Positions 54,337-64,000 of a DNA stretch of 64,000 nt are shown in pieces. The notes under the pieces are model-generated. The model was not told where the DNA came from and made no database searches. It saw nothing but the letters and a program-made list of their open reading frames with translations. Every line of letters starts with the position of its first letter. Within the stretch, counting starts at the first letter, position 1. The translations under genes were made by a program, and so were the position numbers. Origin of the DNA: Octopus vulgaris (Eukaryota); assembly GCA_951406725.2 (NCBI GenBank), contig OX597837.1, positions 8,184,001 to 8,248,000 on the forward strand, written 5' to 3'.

Positions 54337-54490
54337 AAGCAGCAGAAAAAGAAGATGAAGAAGACTGTGACACGACGGCGATGATGATGATGACGATGAC
54401 GATGATACGATGATGATGATGATGCTGACAATGAAAAACGACGACGCCATGACCACCACCACGGCGACCACGGCGACCAACGACAATGAC
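53595..54490. repeat. (GTA)n array grading into (GAT)/(GAC)
   Basis: Directly visible. Confidence 0.97.
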
Positions 54491-55001
54491 GGCAACGATC
54501 AACGGCGGCGACAGAGAATCCAACGGGGAAACACTGGCGCTATTATAAAAGCGATAGCAATGGCGTCGGTTTCGGCGTCGGCGTCAACATCGGTTGATCG
54601 TGAAGTGGAAGAAATAGGCGGGAATCGAAGCTTATGGTGTTCGTACTTAAAATCGATAAATAGCTTAGAGGTCTGTGACACAGATTCACGTCTTTGCCTG
54701 CCTCCGACAAATGCTTTTCTTATTCGCCTTCTTTGTTTTTTACTTTCTTGGCAATGCACTCGCTATCCTCGTTCTTGTCGTTGCATTCGCTGTTGCGCTC
54801 TACTTGTTGTTGGTGTTGTTGTTGTTGTTGTTGGTGGTGGTGTTGTTGTTGTTGGTGGTGGTGGTGTTGTTGGTGTTGTTGTTGACGCCATTGTTATTGT
54901 TCTCGTTACTTCTTTTTGTTGATGCTGTCGCTAGTTATCATCATCATCATCAATATTATTGGTTTCTATTAGTAATTTTGGGACACACACACATACATAC
55001 A

Positions 55002-55061
<60 letters not shown>

Positions 55062-55121
55062 TATGTATATACATATTTTATATCTTATATATATATATCA
55101 TATATATGTATATATATATAT

Positions 55122-55156
<35 letters not shown>

Positions 55157-55180
55157 GTTATCGGCCACACACACGCATAT

Positions 55181-55231
<51 letters not shown>

Positions 55232-55325
55232 CGTGTATATATATATATACATATATATATATATTTGTATATATATATCTACATATATATATATATATTT
55301 ATATATATATATGTATATATATATC

Positions 55326-55363
<38 letters not shown>

Positions 55364-55721
55364 CATAAACACACACACAAATATATATATATATATACGA
55401 ATTTGTACTCGCACGGTTATATTTTTTTCACACATTTGACAATAATCTAATAGGTTTTGATCTATAATATTGTTACTCTCGCTCTGCCGCTACCATTGCT
55501 GTTGCCGCTGCTACTGCTACCACCGCTGCTACCGCTGCTACTGTCATCGTTGTGGTTGTTTTTGTCATCGTCATCGCCCTCCGTCTGCCTTGTTGTTGCT
55601 GTTTTTGTAGTTGTTGTTGGTTGGACAAGGTCAGCTCTTACTGACCAGACCAATGATCAAAGTTTCTCTGATCTGAGACTATGCCATTCAGTCTCACCTT
55701 TCCATTATTATTAACGTTAAT

Positions 55722-56610
<889 letters not shown>

Positions 56611-56880
56611 CTGGCCTATAATTGCTGTTGTTGCTGCTGCGTCAATCGATTGTGCTCCTGCTGCTGCTGCGGATTATTGTTGTCGTTGTTTTGATCATAG
56701 AAATACAATTGCTGCTGCTTCGGCCGATGCTGCTGATACGGTTGCTGCTATTAGTGCAGTTTGTATTGTTACAATTGCAATTTGCATTGTCACTCGCTTT
56801 CTCTTACACACACACAAGCGCACATACACACACAAGACATACACAAACACACACATACAACGCACACACACACAACGCAC

Positions 56881-56915
<35 letters not shown>

Positions 56916-57100
56916 TATATACACACACATATATATAGTTCCCTCTCTTCTTAACCATCTGTGTGTGTCTCTATATGTATACATACATACACATATACAT
57001 CTTTATATATATATATATATAAACATACAATTATTTCGCATACATATTGGAAATACATTTTTATATATATGTAAAGATATATACATATAAGTGTTTTACA

Positions 57101-57221
<121 letters not shown>

Positions 57222-58994
57222 AATTATCACAGACACACATATATATATATATATGTATCATATATCTATACATATATATATGTATCATAATTTCATATAT
57301 ATATATATGATACAAATACACACACAGAGGTATATATCCTGCTGTTATTCTTATTTTTGCTTTCATCCCTGTTGCTTTTCAGTTTTTTTTTCTTTCGCTG
57401 CTGTTTGGCTGTTCCTGCTGACACTAATCTCATTTTGGTGTTGTTGTCATTGTTGTAGTTATTACCTATGTCATTGCTTTCTTTTCTTATTGTTGACGTT
57501 GTTTCCATTGTTTTTTTTATTCTCCTATTTTTTGTTACTGGCCATTTTGTTCTGTTTTCTTTTTTTCCCTCTGCTATTGATTTCGTTGACAATATCCTTT
57601 TGTATAGTCCACCTCAAAGTCCAGGTCAGTTCTGATTTAGCAAACCTTTGGTTCGAAGTTAGTTGGCCTAACATCTCAGTATTTCCTAAAGAACTGTTGT
57701 TCCATTTATACCATTTTTCCACAGTCGAATATCATACTGTACTATCTGACATACGCACCTCTGTTTTGAAAAAAGCAGAACTTTTGCAGTGGAAAGGTGA
57801 ATTCATTTCGACAGTTGCCGGTGGGTAGCTGGGAGAGAATCTGTAGAAGTGAATACTTTTTCTGTTGTAGTTTTGGAATTTGGATTCGATATATTTACAA
57901 ATGTTTAACAAACCATAAAATACTTCAGAAAGTTATGTGTGCTGAAGAAATTGTGTGGAACGAGGGATAAAAATGCTGCTGTTTATTTTCGTGAGAGCAT
58001 ATAGGTTAAACGGAGTATTAAACCAAGTTATTTTCTCAATCATCACCATCTTTACTGTGCGATGATAGAAATATTATATATACCAACCTCCCGGAAAAGA
58101 CAGGCCTTCGTTGTAAAGACACCACTTCGTTGTCAAGGGGCCAAACTGCATTAAATGCATTCACATTTCAAGTTGAAATCAGAGCGATGTCAGTTTTGCC
58201 TAATATTATTTCGAGGTCGATGAAATAACTAGCCGATAGTGATGACGACTATATCGATTCACTCTCTCATGGCAGACTTATTGGTCTTAAGCATAAATCA
58301 AAAGCCATTAATACGTTCACAATAATTTTCCTTATTATCTGTACACACGTGTCCGTTTCTCTCTATATCACATACGTTCCATCTGTTCATATCCCTGCTT
58401 CATCCTATAATCAGGTCTCATTAGCTTTCTGATCTTTCCTCTTTTAAGTATATTAATACTAACTTACGCGTCTCTCTCCCTTTCAGTGTATATATCAGTT
58501 TCCCTATGTGTCTACCTAACATTCTATGCACGACTCTATGTGAAACGATTTGTCTATCGTTGTATTTATCGCACACTATACAATAACTACTAGTTAGTGC
58601 TAGAAATAATTAGCACTTGAAATAAATTAACACAAATTAAAACATTTCTATGTGTCAATAAGTGTTTGATAATTTAGATAACTATACATACATTAATATA
58701 TATATATATATATGTCTATAAATATGTATGTATGTATATATACGTATATATATATGTGTGTATTGGCATGTATATACATATGTATATATGTATGTATCTA
58801 TATATAGATGTATACAGATATATGTGTATATACATGTATATATGTACATATATATTTAGAATTATAGATATACGAGTATGTATACGTACATAAATATACA
58901 TATTTATACATATATATATACAAATTTATATATATATACATATGTGTGAATATATATGTATATATATGTGTGTATATATATATGTACATACATT

Positions 58995-59029
<35 letters not shown>

Positions 59030-59214
59030 GTATATATAATTATAGATACACACATACATGCATATAAAATTACACTCATGCACACAGAAATACATGCATA
59101 TACGTATATATATATATAGACATATACACATACATATATATATGCTTATATATAAATATATAAATATAAATATATACATATATACACATTTACATATATA
59201 TATATATCTATACA

Positions 59215-59334
<120 letters not shown>

Positions 59335-59900
59335 TATATACACATATATTTGCGTATGGTTATATATGTATATACTTAGGCACAATAGTTTAAATATTCT
59401 AGAAGGGGAACCAGGGAATAACTCCAAAAATATGCATTAAAAATATACATAAAGATATATCAAAAGACAAAAATGAAATAAAAATAAAAATCCTGAGAAA
59501 TAGCAGAAGAGCAAGAAGAAGAACAATATTGATAATAATACTAATAGCCAAAAGAGCAACATAAAAAGAACTATATATATATATGTGTGTGTGTGTAGAT
59601 ATATTTGTGTATATAATTAGACAATTGATAATTTTTAACTTTTTGCCAGAATTCCATCATGATTAATAAGCAAAAATAAATATTGCGCATTGGGATAATT
59701 TCGTATGGAGTATTCCCATTGCTAATGATGTCAATGGGTATGTAATGAGATAATTTGCCAGCGTATAGAATTCGCTTCGGTGTGAGCACACAAATGCACA
59801 TATACACATATACACAGAAATCGACAAACACACATACTCAGTCACACCAAAGCACACACATAAGTGTATATATACATAAATATATATATATGCAGAAAAA

Positions 59901-59970
<70 letters not shown>

Positions 59971-60019
59971 GATAGATAGATAGACAGACAGACAGATAGG
60001 TGGATAGATAGACAGACAA

Positions 60020-60052
<33 letters not shown>

Positions 60053-60086
60053 AGATAAATAGATGTAGATATATAGGCATTCATGT

Positions 60087-60128
<42 letters not shown>

Positions 60129-60190
60129 GTCTGTATGTCTGTATGTATATATATATATGTGTGTGTGTGTTGGTGTGTGTATATATCTGC

Positions 60191-60223
<33 letters not shown>

Positions 60224-60609
60224 ATCTCGGATATATTATCTATATATAGTCTGAATGTATATACACGTACATGCATACACACATACTCACACACATATAT
60301 ATATGACTTTAAATACAAGTGTATGATTAAATATATAAATGTATACATATCTTCATATACATATATAAGTATACACATGCATATATGTATATATATATAT
60401 ATATATAGTTATGTATGTGTATGTGTTTATATATGTATCTCTGTATGCATGTGCGTGTGTGTGTCTGTGTGCGTGGTTATATGATTATATATAGACTGAT
60501 TTTGCACTATGTAACCATGTAATTGTGTGTTTTGTTTTGTTGTTTTGTTGTGCATATTTTTCCAGTTTCGCTTCGCATGTTGATACTGCTGCTGTTTGGA
60601 TAATAGTCA

Positions 60610-60664
60610 CGATGATGTCGATGGCGATGACGTTGATGAATGTGATGATGATGATGATGATGAC

Positions 60665-60716
<52 letters not shown>

Positions 60717-61260
60717 TTGATGTTGTTTACGATGATGATGATGATTACGATGATGATGAGGGTGATGATGATGATGGCGACAACTACAATGATGCTGTTG
60801 ATGATGAATACGTTGGTGATGATTATGATGACGATTATAATGATGATGATGATGACGACAATGTTGTTGATGATGATGATGACGATGATCACGACGACGA
60901 TGATTATGATGAAGACCATGATGCTGACGATCATGATGATGATGATGATGAGGCCGACAACGACGACGACGATGATGATGATGATGATGGCGATGATGAT
61001 GATGATGATGAAAACGTTGGCCATGATTTTGATGATGACGGCGATGGTTATGACCATGATGATGATGACGATGGTGATGATTATGATGATAATAATGATG
61101 GTGATGATGACGATCATGATGATGATGATAATGACAATGATGATGGCGATGATGATGGTAATGATGATGACGATGACGAAAATGTTGATGGCAATAATGA
61201 TGATGATGATGTAAATGATGAGGATGATTCTATCTGGTGATGATGATGATGATGGTGTTT
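60610..61260. repeat. (GAT)n cryptic triplet array
   Basis: Directly visible. Confidence 0.95.
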
Positions 61261-61899
61261 AATGATGTTGTTGATGTTAACTGTGATGCTGGTGACGGCG
61301 TTAATACAAATTTTTGCAGAGGGGACTGAGAAAAAAAAAAAAAAAAAGAAACGAAATATATTTTCTGATAACAACACCTGCAAACTTCAAAAAGTTCTTT
61401 TTCAGCTATTTTAAAAGAGGGGGAAAATAAAACAAAAAATGAAATTATGTGAAAAGAAAAAAACAACAACAAAAGACCAAAACAAAAAATTATAATAAAA
61501 CATAACGAACGAAAACGTAGGGAAAATTTTGAAACGAAACGGTGCATTTATACACACATACAAATATACAGACAACTACACAGAGATATATACATGTATG
61601 AATGTTTGCGTGTATATATGTATATATGCATAATTATATATATATATATGCATACATGCATACATGCAAACATACATACATACATACACACACATATATA
61701 TATATATATATTTTATATATATATTTATGTAGGTATGTATATAGATTAATGTATATATTTATGTAGGTTTATACATATATATATGCATATATATATATAT
61801 TATTTATAGGTGTACATATACATATATATGTATACATGCATATATATATATATACATATGTATATATACGTGTACATATACATATATATGTATAGGTGC

Positions 61900-61934
<35 letters not shown>

Positions 61935-62404
61935 GATATATATGTGTATATGTATATATTTATGAATATATGTTTCTATGTATATCTCTCTATATATCTC
62001 GCTATATATATGTATATATATACATATATATATATGAGTGTGTGTTTGTGTGTGTGTGTATATATATATACACGTCTACCTATATACACCTACACAAACA
62101 CGAGTGCCCTCGTGTATAATTAAGTGTGCATGCGAATATAAATACAGAGTAACTGTTTGTATGTGTAAGTGTGTGAGTGCGTGTCTGTGTGAGTGCGTGT
62201 CTGTGTGCGCGCGTACGTGCAAGTGTATGTGTGTGTGTGTGTGGTGGTTTAGCTTTCTGTGGCTAGATCAATATATTAATGCATCTTATTAGGTTCAATG
62301 ATCCTTTATTTGTGCCTATATAATATACATACACGCATGCGTCGATTAGGAATTATTGATATAAAAGCACACACAGCCATACATACATACATAGCATCAA
62401 TAGT

Positions 62405-62491
62405 GTTAATAATAATAATAATAATAAAAATAATAATGATAATAATAATAATAATAATAGTAATAATAATAGTAATAATAATAATAATAAC

Positions 62492-62522
<31 letters not shown>

Positions 62523-62590
62523 TTAATAATAATAATAATAATGATAATAATAAAAATAATAATGATAATAAAAATAAAAATAATAATAAC

Positions 62591-62639
<49 letters not shown>

Positions 62640-62652
62640 GTAATAATAAAAA

Positions 62653-62720
<68 letters not shown>

Positions 62721-62759
62721 TAATAATAATAAAAATAATAATAAAAATAATAATAAAAA

Positions 62760-62816
<57 letters not shown>

Positions 62817-62840
62817 TGAGGATGATGATGATAATGATAA
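62405..62840. repeat. (TAA)n array
   Basis: Directly visible. Confidence 0.97.
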
Positions 62841-63246
62841 CGATGTATGTGTACACGGAGTGATCTCGAATCAAATAGCAAGACTCGAGGGCTTGAAAAA
62901 ATTGAGCATAAATGGTATTGATTATCATTAACGATTTCATGAAATCAGGACAAAGAAACGTTTTAAATTGATGTGAGACCTCGAATGAAGCTGCAGTTAG
63001 ATGGTAAATAACACTGGAGATTAAGGAGATATTTACCTTTGCACTCTCGTCTACCTCCCCCCTCTCTCAATCTCTCTGTCTCTCTCTTTCTCTGTTACTT
63101 TTCACTTTTCTTTCTCTAAGTGTGTGGATATGTGCGTTTGTGACACTGTGCGAGTGTGTGTGTGTGTGTGAGGCTGTACTTAGATATGTATACGTGTATA
63201 TGCATTTATGACTATGCTAAAAGGTACAAAATAAACATATATACGA

Positions 63247-63314
<68 letters not shown>

Positions 63315-63328
63315 AACACACACATATT

Positions 63329-63367
<39 letters not shown>

Positions 63368-63415
63368 AAAAAAGTCAAGATAGAAAATGCTAAAATAATT
63401 TTATAGAAAACATTT

Positions 63416-63451
63416 CAGTACCGGTTTCAGTCATTGAGACTTTTTCAACTG
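63416..63451 (-). ncRNA. Minimal hammerhead ribozyme with U3:A8 variant core
   Basis: Reverse complement: cag TTGAAAA agtc tcaat gact GAAAC cg GTA ctg; palindromic ACCGGT; lies in a ~205-bp island (63365-63570) between (TA)n tracts. Confidence 0.7.
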
Positions 63452-63566
63452 TAAGTATGGAAGTGAATTAAATTTTGGAAAAATTAAAAGAATGTTTGCA
63501 TAGTATTCAAATACAAGTGTTTCTTGATCCTGCCTGTCTCTGTCTCTCTTGTTTACTCTTATGGTT

Positions 63567-63650
<84 letters not shown>

Positions 63651-63658
63651 TGCATATG

Positions 63659-63695
<37 letters not shown>

Positions 63696-64000
63696 TTATA
63701 TATTTATATGTCGGTATATGTATATGAATTTGAATATACGTATATGTGTGTATATCTGTCACAAAGGATATGAATATATATACACCTTTACTTCCTCCTC
63801 CTTCTCTTTCCTCCTCTCTCGCTCTCTCTATCTATCTATATATATATACATATATAAAAATATATACACACAGACACATACATACCTATATATATATATA
63901 TTATATATATACACACACATACACACATATATATATACGTATATACATGCATATGAATGTATATATATATACAGAAGAGTCATGCAGTCAGGGTAGGCAC

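Noticed and set aside
60596-61240. Asp-rich ORF resembling acidic biomineralisation proteins
   Set aside because: A (GAT)n array that is also open as poly-Met and poly-Ile; no signal peptide or splice support.

Overview
AT-rich, repeat-saturated eukaryotic non-coding DNA, most likely from an octopus (inferred from my recollection of Octopus SINE families; no database check was possible). No host protein-coding gene can be supported, and nearly all listed ORFs are translations of microsatellites. The window holds dozens of tRNA-derived SINE copies from four families (labelled A-D here), a Helitron, a Helentron/HINE-like element, a TIR MITE with an 8-bp TSD, and relics of CR1-like, R4/Dong-like, RTE-like and Penelope-like (GIY-YIG) retroelements. 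The most notable signal is a dense set of minimal type-I hammerhead ribozyme (HHR) motifs. Five have canonical cores, one is a compensatory U3:A8 core variant, and several more are decayed. Many sit in short elements built as long inverted repeat plus a one-sided extension, lodged in (TA)n tracts. HHRs in Penelope-like elements are known, so the novelty lies in the density, the fold-back non-autonomous architecture, the long stem II and the variant core. Coordinates were counted by eye and may be off by a few bases.
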